Virus record (IMG/VR): IMGVR_UViG_3300047510_001118
Location: 214,127-278,126 of that record
Reading direction: 5' to 3' (one strand)
Length of the DNA: 64,000 nt
This document shows, piece by piece, positions 47,779 through 56,570 of this stretch (its first letter is position 1; each line of letters opens with the position of its first letter). A program made the position numbers and the translations under genes. Under the pieces are notes generated by a model. It ran no database searches. It saw only the letters and a list, made by a program, of their open reading frames with translations, and had not been told where the DNA came from.

Positions 47779-48196
47779 TGTGAATCCAATTATCGTCAAC
47801 AAGAAATCCCCATTCTCGTCGATGTGGACCAGGCATAAACAGCGTCCATGCTGTAACGCCTTCCTTTAATTCAATACGATGGTAACTTGTTGGACTACAT
47901 ATACGAAAGTGTCCGGGGCCACGCCATTTTCTTATTTCGCAACTTTTTGTTCCATCAGCATTAAATTGGGGAATCCATTCGTAGTAACCACCTTTGAGAA
48001 TAAGGGTGGCATAAGGCCAAGGATGATCGTGAACATCGTCCGGATCACCTTTTAAAAATTTATGTAAAAAGATATTGAAAGGAAAACGATTCCTTTCTTT
48101 TAAAAACAAATAATAACGTTCTAGATACGGCTCATTATATTGACGATCCATGATAATTCGTTTACGTCCGAGTTTATCTAAAAGTTTTAAAATCAT
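47735..48196 (-). CDS. Cupin-fold protein
   Basis: HDHPW..ATLILKGGYYE motif 1 and YHRIEL..TAWTLF motif 2. Confidence 0.75.
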   Translation of the reverse strand: MILKLLDKLGRKRIIMDRQYNEPYLERYYLFLKERNRFPFNIFLHKFLKGDPDDVHDHPWPYATLILKGGYYEWIPQFNADGTKSCEIRKWRGPGHFRICSPTSYHRIELKEGVTAWTLFMPGPHRREWGFLVDDNWIHNDKYLYDRKLNKQQ

Positions 48197-49290
48197 ACAA
48201 GTCTTTCTAAAAGTGTATCTGCTGAAAAGAAATTATCTGTTAAATCTTTAGTCTGTTTACGTAGTTGTGGCAAGAACTTGTCATAGTTATCCATGTATTG
48301 AATAATCTTAGCACAAAGTTCTGGACGATGTGTTTGATATGTTTCAAAGGACTCGGTCCAGGTACTTGGATATTTGAAAGTATCGTAATACATTTCTTTA
48401 TAACTTAGTCGATCCGGCACCATAGGAATAGCATCTACAACAGCACCTTCATAACAACTGATGCCTAATGTTTCTTGTAGATTAGCACTGAACACTAGTT
48501 TTGCTTCACCTAACAAATTATGGTATTCGTTCTTTGTAAGTTGTTGATCCTGACAAACAACAAATTCATATTGTGGTAAGTGTTCTTTTAGATCTCTAAA
48601 GATTTCTACTTGTTTTTCTGGAGCAATGCGATGTGGAAACAGAATTAGATTACGTTTAACCATTCCTTTATATGTGGTTAAAGTATCTTCCATATATTCC
48701 ATAGGCCACCCTGATCGAACAATCTTTGGAATCTTTCCTTGAAGAGCATCTTGAATGTCTTCTTCCAACCAAGGGTTTTCTATCATACTATCATTTAACA
48801 AATTCTTCATAAACATTTCAATATGAAAATTTGTAGCAAAATAATTATAGTTGATAGCATGAAAGAAACTTTTTTCAGCGTGTCTAACCCACGGAGCATC
48901 ACCGATAAGTCGACCTAAGAAGTCTTGAGGATCATAACTACCAGCATGCCAAAGTGCGTGAATTTTTACAGGAATCTGTAATAGTTCACTCATATACTTT
49001 AAGTTTATGATACCAGGATGCCAAGCATCAGTAAAGATGAAGTGATCATTAGGAGCCACTGATCCACCGCAAAACAGCCGGCCCATCTGTTCAACTTGAG
49101 CAGACTTATATATATTGGTGCCGCCAAAATTAAGGAAAGCACCAGGAGTGGTCGCACTAGGAATATCTGTAGGACCAGATATAATTTGAACATTGTGTCC
49201 TCTCTTCCGTAACAGAGTTGGTAGATGTGTCTTCCACTGTGAAGTGTAGCGTGTTTCTACCGACTCTAGATCTACAAGGTAGATCGTCAT
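48193..49290 (-). CDS. GT-B (GT4-like) glycosyltransferase
   Basis: LFPHRIAPEKQ, ETLGIS.YEG..VDAIPMVPDRLSYKEM donor-binding motif. Confidence 0.75.
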   Translation of the reverse strand: MTIYLVDLESVETRYTSQWKTHLPTLLRKRGHNVQIISGPTDIPSATTPGAFLNFGGTNIYKSAQVEQMGRLFCGGSVAPNDHFIFTDAWHPGIINLKYMSELLQIPVKIHALWHAGSYDPQDFLGRLIGDAPWVRHAEKSFFHAINYNYFATNFHIEMFMKNLLNDSMIENPWLEEDIQDALQGKIPKIVRSGWPMEYMEDTLTTYKGMVKRNLILFPHRIAPEKQVEIFRDLKEHLPQYEFVVCQDQQLTKNEYHNLLGEAKLVFSANLQETLGISCYEGAVVDAIPMVPDRLSYKEMYYDTFKYPSTWTESFETYQTHRPELCAKIIQYMDNYDKFLPQLRKQTKDLTDNFFSADTLLERLV

Positions 49291-49496
49291 TGACGATTAT
49301 TCCTGTAGTTATTTTGGCCTCTCGGCTTCCACTCTTTGCGTTCAAATCTTCTTGGACGCTTACTTGCCTCGTAGGCCTGCCAAATTTTACTTTGGCGGTT
49401 ATACAAATCTGCCGGATTATACGGCAACATTTCAAACCTGCAGAAATCCAACAGGGCGTCGAGATCATCAAAAATCCTAACGACTTCTTGTTTCAT
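49287..49496 (-). CDS. Hypothetical protein
   Basis: 69-aa ORF, R/N-rich end, SD AAGGA. Confidence 0.65.
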   Translation of the reverse strand: MKQEVVRIFDDLDALLDFCRFEMLPYNPADLYNRQSKIWQAYEASKRPRRFERKEWKPRGQNNYRNNRQ

Positions 49497-49513
49497 CTTT
49501 TTATTTCCTTTAA

Positions 49514-49909
49514 TTAATATTTGATGAACGAACCATTTTCTCCATCTTCGGAGACCTCAATCCAAACCTCACGGCCAGGATACTTCTTGCTAATGATGTC
49601 ATATAAATCGTCTGACATCATTTCGCAACTCTTGTAGTCAAGGCTCAAAACGGAACCTTGACCATTATACAGCGACTCGAGCCATCGTTTGAACTGGATG
49701 AACTCGATGTCCCTGTCATTGTGTTGCACATTGATCCACACCCTGAAATGAAAGATGTGGCGATGAGGATAACCAAGAAACGATACATCATATTCATCTC
49801 CTGTTTTTAATTTTGGATCTTCTAGGGCCGCAGGATATTTGTGAATTCCTTCTTTGCGGAAAGTAACCCAGATCATTTTGTTAGGGCGAACATCTTGTTT
49901 AATGATCAT
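49514..49909 (-). CDS. QueD-like T-fold protein (6-pyruvoyl-tetrahydropterin synthase family)
   Basis: EGIH, HRHIFH metal motif, SCEM, IEVSEDGENG; sits in queE/folE/tgt cluster. Confidence 0.65.
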   Translation of the reverse strand: MIIKQDVRPNKMIWVTFRKEGIHKYPAALEDPKLKTGDEYDVSFLGYPHRHIFHFRVWINVQHNDRDIEFIQFKRWLESLYNGQGSVLSLDYKSCEMMSDDLYDIISKKYPGREVWIEVSEDGENGSFIKY

Positions 49910-50424
49910 TTAATAATTTTATCGTTGATATATTGTGACCAGTCTGTGAACTTACTACGATCCATTAGTGTGTGTAGACTGTGGGACCACACACCGGGAT
50001 TAGTTGCCTTAAAATCTTTGTCATCGATTTTAAGCATTGTATTATAATTCCAAAGTTTTATGTAAGGAATTGGAACACGAATCTGCGGAATAAAGTTATT
50101 GTATTCGCAGTAACCGCTTTCATGAAATTCTTCAACTTGATTAATTGGAATATCTAAACTACAAAGAATTCCTTCTTCTAACAAAGGAAAAATCATATTT
50201 TCCCAAGATTTGTGTTCTTCATAATTTTGCGGGTTAAAACTGTGATTAGCGCCAAAGAAAATATGTTTACAAAGTTCGTTGGCGTAGTGCTGTTTAATTT
50301 CAGTATATGATTGTACACCAGTTACAAACAGTGTTTTCAAACCATAGGCGGGCGTGTGTTCTATCTCTTCTCCAACGAAGAAAATAATTTTATCTTGAGA
50401 ACCGTCTTGATAATCTCTTATCAT
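49906..50424 (-). CDS. Conserved-looking hypothetical protein in deazaguanine cluster
   Basis: FFVGEEIEHTPAYGLKTLFV, HIFFGANHSF, DFKATNPGVW; start refined to MIRDYQ. Confidence 0.7.
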   Translation of the reverse strand: MIRDYQDGSQDKIIFFVGEEIEHTPAYGLKTLFVTGVQSYTEIKQHYANELCKHIFFGANHSFNPQNYEEHKSWENMIFPLLEEGILCSLDIPINQVEEFHESGYCEYNNFIPQIRVPIPYIKLWNYNTMLKIDDKDFKATNPGVWSHSLHTLMDRSKFTDWSQYINDKIIK

Positions 50425-50425
50425 T

Positions 50426-50674
50426 TTAGTACTTGGTTTTTGATTTTGTACAAAGGAAGGTGCTACCTGATTCTTTTCCAACCATCGTCCACAACCGATA
50501 ATCGGCCGATAGAATACATTCGTTATAGGTTGAAAAACTATCGTCGCTCATTTTCATTAAATTTCCAGTTTCTCGAAATTCTAAGGCTACAACATATTTA
50601 GGTTTAGACCATGCTTGATATGAAACAAACAGAGCACATAGCAAAATTGTTACTAATAGGATTCGAGTTTTCAT
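50426..50674 (-). CDS. Small exported protein
   Basis: Signal-peptide-like MKTRILLVTILLCALFVSYQAWS; two Cys in mature part. Confidence 0.6.
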   Translation of the reverse strand: MKTRILLVTILLCALFVSYQAWSKPKYVVALEFRETGNLMKMSDDSFSTYNECILSADYRLWTMVGKESGSTFLCTKSKTKY

Positions 50675-52233
50675 TCCATGCCTTCTTCAAGTTTATCTAA
50701 ATTTTGAGCCTCTTCATCGGTAAATTCTTCACCGTGTTCTAATTGTACAGTCTCTTCTTCTGTTTCGTCAAAGAATTTGGCAAAGTTAGTGCTGGCATTG
50801 ATTGTTTTCTTACCAGTAGCACCGCGAGTTCCAATAATACTAATCCAAAATTTACTGTATTCAGTTATTATGGCTTCTGCTTCTGCTCTATCGCTGGTAG
50901 CAAAAATAGCCTCAACTATGTCTTTGAAAAACAGTCTATCAAATTTTTCTTGAACCAACATAGCAGGAACAATTCCAGCATCATATTGTCGATTGGCTTC
51001 TTGAACAGCATTAATATGCATCCAAACATTATGTCCCATTTGAATAGCATAACTAAAACTATCCCAACTGGTTTTACCAATTTTTCCAATCTTGTTCATA
51101 TCGGTTGGACCATATATACAGACATCAGATACTTTTAATTCTGCGCTGATTGGACTATCTTCAAAACCTTTGAATCGTCCATCTTGAACACCAACTGCTC
51201 CAAACGGACGATTGTCTTGATAATATTTTTTATCATCTATACTAGGAACCATTCGATACACCCACTTGGTGCGATCTTCAATTTCTGTTTGAATATAAAT
51301 TTGTCCATTGGCAGTTGCTAGGAATGGACTAGCACAGTCAAAACTAATAGTAAAATTAGGATTATGATATTTTCTAACAGCACGTTGGATGTCAGTGAGT
51401 AACGTAGCCCACTCTAATTTACTAGTACCAAGAAAGTGCATCCAGTCATGTACACCAGGTTCTAACAGTCCATCAAATCTTAACGCTACTAATCTACGCA
51501 ATACCAAATGAACATCACACATATTCTGACCACCCATAGCCCAGCCATTAAAATGACGTCCGGGATATTGTTTTGGATCGCAGTATTTTTTCATACGATC
51601 ATACCAATCATCTGCCTCGGCATGATTCTCGCCTTGTAGAACATTAAGAAACTTACAAGAACCAGTTCTATTGTTAATAAACCAATCGTTGTTAATGTAA
51701 GTACCTTGAACGGCTTCCATATAACTGTTAATACCAGTGGCTTCTCTGCCACGAGGACTACGGCAGACCCAGGCAGGAATATCAAGAATCATGCCATAAT
51801 CCATGTAAGCGTCCATCCACTTAAGAACCTGCTCACGTTTCTTTTGTGCTTTAGGACAGTTAGGATTTTTCCAATCTCCTTCCCAAACACCTTTACCAAT
51901 TTGGAAACCGCCCGAATCGCCTAACAGCCAACTGTCAGCACGATTACGATTACGTACCATATCTTCTTTAGGAGAAAATTTATTAGTATCTAAATCTGCG
52001 TGTCCAGCAGAGTATAGGCTCCAATGATATTGAAACTGTCCCTGTTGCGGATTTAACCAATTAAGACTTTCTACACCGTTGGTGAAGTTACTAGGTACTC
52101 TAGCAGGATCCACATACAGTCCTTTGACAGGATCTGGAAAACGTTGTTTTCCTACATAGGTAGCATAAAACCCGCTAAGTGCCGGTAAAAAGATAGCGTA
52201 GTCGTTCTGTGCGGCTGTTAAATTTTTATTCAT
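50671..52233 (-). CDS. tRNA-guanine-transglycosylase-like protein (DpdA-type DNA 7-deazaguanine insertase candidate)
   Basis: LGDSGGFQIG, MILDIP, FLNVLQG, GWAMGG, MHFLG, SFDCAS match TGT barrel motifs; clustered with queE/folE/queD-like. Confidence 0.8.
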   Translation of the reverse strand: MNKNLTAAQNDYAIFLPALSGFYATYVGKQRFPDPVKGLYVDPARVPSNFTNGVESLNWLNPQQGQFQYHWSLYSAGHADLDTNKFSPKEDMVRNRNRADSWLLGDSGGFQIGKGVWEGDWKNPNCPKAQKKREQVLKWMDAYMDYGMILDIPAWVCRSPRGREATGINSYMEAVQGTYINNDWFINNRTGSCKFLNVLQGENHAEADDWYDRMKKYCDPKQYPGRHFNGWAMGGQNMCDVHLVLRRLVALRFDGLLEPGVHDWMHFLGTSKLEWATLLTDIQRAVRKYHNPNFTISFDCASPFLATANGQIYIQTEIEDRTKWVYRMVPSIDDKKYYQDNRPFGAVGVQDGRFKGFEDSPISAELKVSDVCIYGPTDMNKIGKIGKTSWDSFSYAIQMGHNVWMHINAVQEANRQYDAGIVPAMLVQEKFDRLFFKDIVEAIFATSDRAEAEAIITEYSKFWISIIGTRGATGKKTINASTNFAKFFDETEEETVQLEHGEEFTDEEAQNLDKLEEGME

Positions 52234-52474
52234 TCAATTTTATCCAAATCTCGTAGTACGGATCATAGACCCATCCCTCTGGCGGCTCGCAAGGATCGAA
52301 CATCCAAGGATGAGTCTGAGGTGTTTTTTCTTGAGGTGTAGGTGCCCATCTTTTAAGATAATCTTTTCTTATTTGATCCTGTCGTGTTTCTGGATATTGA
52401 TGCGCCATAACCCCTTCTACAAGATCATCATAGTTTGTTTCACCAAAAAAGATTTTTTTAAGAAGTTCTTTCAT
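52226..52474 (-). CDS. Hypothetical protein
   Basis: 82-aa ORF; FDPCEPPEGWVYDPYYEIW motif. Confidence 0.65.
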   Translation of the reverse strand: MKELLKKIFFGETNYDDLVEGVMAHQYPETRQDQIRKDYLKRWAPTPQEKTPQTHPWMFDPCEPPEGWVYDPYYEIWIKLNE

Positions 52475-52487
52475 TTGGAAATCCCTA

Positions 52488-52856
52488 TCATTTAACTAAG
52501 TGCTGTGCTAATACCATACAACTTATCCATACCCACAACGTGTTAAATCCTACTAGTGTAGGTAACAATTTTTTGTTACTGGCCCATATCAGTGTTAGAG
52601 AAGTTGCCAGTGTAAAAAAATACAACCACCAAAGACTAATACCAAAAATTAAACCTGGAACGATAATAACTGCCTTTGCTAACCAACTGGCAAATTCTAC
52701 TTTATTATAATCAGTCCAATACTCTTTGGTAAACCACATTCCATAACAGTTTTTAATAGCAGGCCATGTGCTGTGGGCATAACTAACTCCAACTAGTACC
52801 GCCCAGGCTAGTGTAGCATATAAAACTTGTTCGATCGTCAATCTATTCTCCCCCAT
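52488..52856 (-). CDS. Small multi-pass membrane protein
   Basis: 3-4 hydrophobic segments; alternative TTG start at 52841. Confidence 0.7.
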   Translation of the reverse strand: MGENRLTIEQVLYATLAWAVLVGVSYAHSTWPAIKNCYGMWFTKEYWTDYNKVEFASWLAKAVIIVPGLIFGISLWWLYFFTLATSLTLIWASNKKLLPTLVGFNTLWVWISCMVLAQHLVK

Positions 52857-53041
52857 TTAATTTTTAACCAAATTCTTTCATGTATATAATAATCGATGCT
52901 TAAAAGAATATGTAATGCTGTGGCAAATCCGGTGGCATTTCCTATGTCACCGGTAAACATATAAGTCCAAAGAATAGTAAACAGCCAGGCAGTAAGCCTG
53001 TATGTTACCATTCTTGTTATAGTTCTTTTTTTAGTTTCCAT
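52838..53041 (-). CDS. DUF2061-like small membrane protein
   Basis: ETKKRT..RMVTYR...YYIHERIW.KIKWG pattern. Confidence 0.7.
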   Translation of the reverse strand: METKKRTITRMVTYRLTAWLFTILWTYMFTGDIGNATGFATALHILLSIDYYIHERIWLKIKWGRID

Positions 53042-53775
53042 TACTTGCTTTGTGCTGGTAAAATGTAATCATAAACAGCAACACCGCTATCAACAGTGAT
53101 CTGCATAGCACCTGCGTCTGCGATCTTCATAGTAATTTCGCCGTCGAGTCCTAAGATGCTCTGTACTTGACTAACTGGCCAAGCCCATGTATGTTTTAGT
53201 TTACCGCCAACATCGTGTTGGAATACAAATGAACCTGCGTGTGTGCTGGCGTCACCAAAGAAAAATACTAGGTTGTTATCTTCTGTACGAACTTGGAATA
53301 CAGTTTCTTCGCTGTGTGCGGCACTTTGTAGTTTAAGTCTTTGAATAGCGGCCACTGTTGGTTTAAATTCAACTTCCCATGAAGCACCTTTAAACTTCAC
53401 TGACTTTAGTTTTTCGCTGATAATTTCACTGCTCATAAAGCGATAATCGTTTTGAAAATCGCCAGCGGCATTTACAAAATGTAAACCAGTTGGCACAGTA
53501 CTGCCATTGCGCTCGGCCTTGACTACATCAACCTTGGCATTTTCTTTATACTCTGGATTCTTCAAGTGAAGATTCAACTTGTCTAAATTAGGCATACCAA
53601 ACGTGCCATCAAATTCTGCTACAGCCTTGTGTGCTTGGGCAGTAACAATTACAGAGCGATCTTCCGCCATAGATTCGATCTGTGTTGAATTTGCGTCACC
53701 GGTAATTTTAACCAACGGCAAGAAGCCTAGGCTATGTGTATGTGCTACGATATCTGTTAGAATGTCTTTAATCAT
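53041..53775 (-). CDS. DNA polymerase sliding clamp (gp45-like)
   Basis: 244 aa directly downstream of the polymerase; GDFQNDYRFMS, MQITVDSG...YDYILPA ending. Confidence 0.65.
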   Translation of the reverse strand: MIKDILTDIVAHTHSLGFLPLVKITGDANSTQIESMAEDRSVIVTAQAHKAVAEFDGTFGMPNLDKLNLHLKNPEYKENAKVDVVKAERNGSTVPTGLHFVNAAGDFQNDYRFMSSEIISEKLKSVKFKGASWEVEFKPTVAAIQRLKLQSAAHSEETVFQVRTEDNNLVFFFGDASTHAGSFVFQHDVGGKLKHTWAWPVSQVQSILGLDGEITMKIADAGAMQITVDSGVAVYDYILPAQSK

Positions 53776-53795
53776 TATAGTTCTCCTTAAGATTG

Positions 53796-53824
53796 ATTAT
53801 ATTTAGGTTTTTGGTCAAAGTCAA
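53796..53824 (-). promoter_or_regulatory. Sigma70 consensus promoter with embedded TAAATA
   Basis: TTGACT-17 nt-TATAAT; CTAAATA overlaps -10; SD AAGGAG. Confidence 0.85.
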
Positions 53825-53828
53825 CCTA

Positions 53829-56498
53829 TTAAAACTCGAATAACTTATTAAAAGTATTCTTTTCTTCAGTTGATTTAATATCCCAACCTAGAACACCTAT
53901 TAAGTTTTCTAATTTATTGTCGATAATGGTATTTTCCATTTCGGCATCATCAAATGGCAATTCCATAAACCATTTGGGTAAACGCAGTTCGTCTACAGGA
54001 TAAGCCACTGAAGTATAACCTAAAGGATTATTTTTAAGTTTACATACAATGACTTTTTGCCCATCGACAATCTGCATTGAATATTTGTCACCGTTCATGC
54101 GTCGAAGTGTATTCCAATTAATGCTGGCACGTACATGACCTGGCATGTTAGTCTTACCAGCCTTTTCTTCTTTACCTTGATACTCGGTAATATTGTTGGC
54201 ACGTTTGGGACTACCTTTCTCCCAACCTGGCCGAGATTTAAATTCGGTTCTAAACGCAGTAATAAAGTCTAAGACCTGCTGTTCTGTTGCGCCTGTTAGA
54301 ACAAGTTCAAGAATGTCGCTTAGAAAGTCTTGAATAAATGCCGGAGTATCAGATCTTTTTAGATCAAGACCCATGGCTTTGATTTTTCCAGGCTTTCCGT
54401 CTATGTCGGCTCGCTTGCCTTCTTTGTCATAGACTAGCACAGCATATCGCTTTTTAGTAATAAACAAGCCTTTAGATCCAACAATCTCACGACCTGCTTT
54501 AATAACTTCACCACGACTTGGCGGACAATGAAACGCCTGTTCCATAAACTTTATAAAGGTACCATTTACTTCATCAGCAATTTGATCATACAATGCGGTA
54601 ATGTTTTCTTTAGTCCAAGGAATAGCACCAGACTCAATATCTTTTTTCAGTGTATTGTACGCTGAAAAATAACAAGAGTCAGTATCACCGTAGATTACTG
54701 CTTTACCTACGTGGTTGTATTCACCTGTGATGATTTCATTTACCTTGCCAGCCATATGTTTAGCAATTTGGCGCCCAACAAGTGTTGTTGACTGACCAAT
54801 ACGCTTGTCGAAAAAACGACAGCCAGGATTAAGAATAGCACCATACAAACTGTTGAGATTAATCTTTTTAACCAACTGTCTTTTATCCCAGTATTCTTCT
54901 TCAATTTTGTTTCCACTGGTAATACACTCCTTTAGTTTGGCCTGCATCTCTTTACGTTCAGCATACCAACGCTTTAACAAGCCGGGAATAATACCTTCTT
55001 TTTCATAAGTGAAAATAGTACCATTGGCTGAAATCATCCAAGGTTGATTACTGTCAAAAATTAGTTTATAGACTTCGGCAGCACTGTGTACAGTATTTTC
55101 ACCATCTTCCCAGTCAATGGTAATTTCTGTGTCACGACGCTGAGCCATTACTGCTTCATATTCTTCAGAACCAAACTTACCTTCCCAACTTGCGGCAAAT
55201 GATTTCTTTTTTAGATTCATTTGTTCATGGATGTATGCTTGTGTGTATACTGGTCGTAGTTGTCCAATGATTGTCTCTGGACCCATGTTCAGCGCACGAA
55301 TAGCACTTGGATACAGTGAGTTAATGTCTAGAGAACCAATCCAGTCTTGAATACCTTCTTTGGGATAGGCAACATACGCACCAGCGGCCTGAGTATCTTC
55401 GCTGTCGTCTCGTTTAGGACGATTAGGAACTTGGAAGCCTCTACGATGTGCTTCATTAATAATAGCCTGTTCTGTAACAGCCACAGCACCCATTGTAGTC
55501 TGTAACAATACAGTATTTTCGTGTGCGATTTTATTAGCAAGATCAATAAACTTTAGTTTATCGTCTAATTTGTTTAACAACGCAACGTCTTGTCTATTAT
55601 ATTCAATAAACTTTTTAAAGTCTTTGTTATATAATTGGTCTAAGGTGCCTTCGTAGACAGTTTTAGTTTCGCCAATCTCTGTTTCACCGATAGCATCTAA
55701 TCGATATGTATGACGTTCTTCATAGGTAAACTTACGATAAAGTTCAAGACTGTCTAAGTGAACTCGACCGATTAGGTCATAAGTTTGAGCAGTCTTGCCG
55801 TACTTTTCATATTCTCTCTTTTTAGGAAATTGCCCCCAAAGACAAAAACGTTTAGTATCTTCTTTACTCAATACCTGTGTTATACGGTTTACAGTATAAG
55901 GAATATCATAACCTTCTGAGTTCCAACCACTTAAAATATCTGCGTCATCGATAAGTTCAAGAAACGTTTCTAGCATATCGGACTCGTTGTCAAATATGTA
56001 AGTGTTTGGAAATTCTTTAACTGCTTCAGTGGCCTGCGCAGTGGTCATGGTCTTAGGAGCCAATGCTAGAGTAATAAGTCTATCTAACCATTTCAGATGT
56101 ACTGAAATAGCAGTGATTGGCATAAACGCATCTTCAGGTGTGGAGTAACCTCTTTCCGGATCAAAGTCTACCTCAATGTCGAAGAAGCAGATGTTTAATT
56201 TAGGTGCGTCTTGATTAAGATAGTTTTCACTGAGATGAACAAAGATAGGATTAATATCTGATTCGTAAAGTTCTTTGCCATTGTTAATAGCCAACTCTTT
56301 ACGAAAGTCTTTACTGTTCTTACAGACTACTCGAGTAAGTGGATCTCCAAATATACTTTGAAATTTACCACGGGGATCTGGATAGTAAAATGTATAGCGT
56401 ACAGGATGTTCTTTATATACCCGTTCGCCTTGGTCGTTTCTTTCAACGACTTTGATGATATCATTCTCTCTATCAAAGAGAGCGTCTACATAACTCAT
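53829..56498 (-). CDS. gp43: Family B DNA polymerase (gp43-like), 889 aa
   Basis: Exo FDIEVD; SLDINSLYPS, KINLNSLYG, YGDTDS, KKRYA. Start MSYVDAL with SD AAGGAG. Confidence 0.96.
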   Translation of the reverse strand: MSYVDALFDRENDIIKVVERNDQGERVYKEHPVRYTFYYPDPRGKFQSIFGDPLTRVVCKNSKDFRKELAINNGKELYESDINPIFVHLSENYLNQDAPKLNICFFDIEVDFDPERGYSTPEDAFMPITAISVHLKWLDRLITLALAPKTMTTAQATEAVKEFPNTYIFDNESDMLETFLELIDDADILSGWNSEGYDIPYTVNRITQVLSKEDTKRFCLWGQFPKKREYEKYGKTAQTYDLIGRVHLDSLELYRKFTYEERHTYRLDAIGETEIGETKTVYEGTLDQLYNKDFKKFIEYNRQDVALLNKLDDKLKFIDLANKIAHENTVLLQTTMGAVAVTEQAIINEAHRRGFQVPNRPKRDDSEDTQAAGAYVAYPKEGIQDWIGSLDINSLYPSAIRALNMGPETIIGQLRPVYTQAYIHEQMNLKKKSFAASWEGKFGSEEYEAVMAQRRDTEITIDWEDGENTVHSAAEVYKLIFDSNQPWMISANGTIFTYEKEGIIPGLLKRWYAERKEMQAKLKECITSGNKIEEEYWDKRQLVKKINLNSLYGAILNPGCRFFDKRIGQSTTLVGRQIAKHMAGKVNEIITGEYNHVGKAVIYGDTDSCYFSAYNTLKKDIESGAIPWTKENITALYDQIADEVNGTFIKFMEQAFHCPPSRGEVIKAGREIVGSKGLFITKKRYAVLVYDKEGKRADIDGKPGKIKAMGLDLKRSDTPAFIQDFLSDILELVLTGATEQQVLDFITAFRTEFKSRPGWEKGSPKRANNITEYQGKEEKAGKTNMPGHVRASINWNTLRRMNGDKYSMQIVDGQKVIVCKLKNNPLGYTSVAYPVDELRLPKWFMELPFDDAEMENTIIDNKLENLIGVLGWDIKSTEEKNTFNKLFEF

Positions 56499-56509
56499 TT
56501 TTCTCCTTA

Positions 56510-56556
56510 TGCGATTTACGGCTCGCAAACACCAAACGTGCGGCTTATGGCCCGCA
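56510..56556 (-). promoter_or_regulatory. Tandem hairpins upstream of polymerase RBS (candidate translational operator)
   Basis: TGCGG-gccataag-CCGCA and TGCGA-gccgtaaa-TCGCA, compensatory G-C/A-T change, 1 nt before AAGGAG. Confidence 0.7.
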
Positions 56557-56570
56557 AACCTTACTGTATA

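Noticed and set aside
53829-56528. Intein or intron in the polymerase, thyA or gp46; longer polymerase start at 56528
   Set aside because: Lengths and motif spacing are normal with no splice motifs; the strong SD supports ATG 56498.
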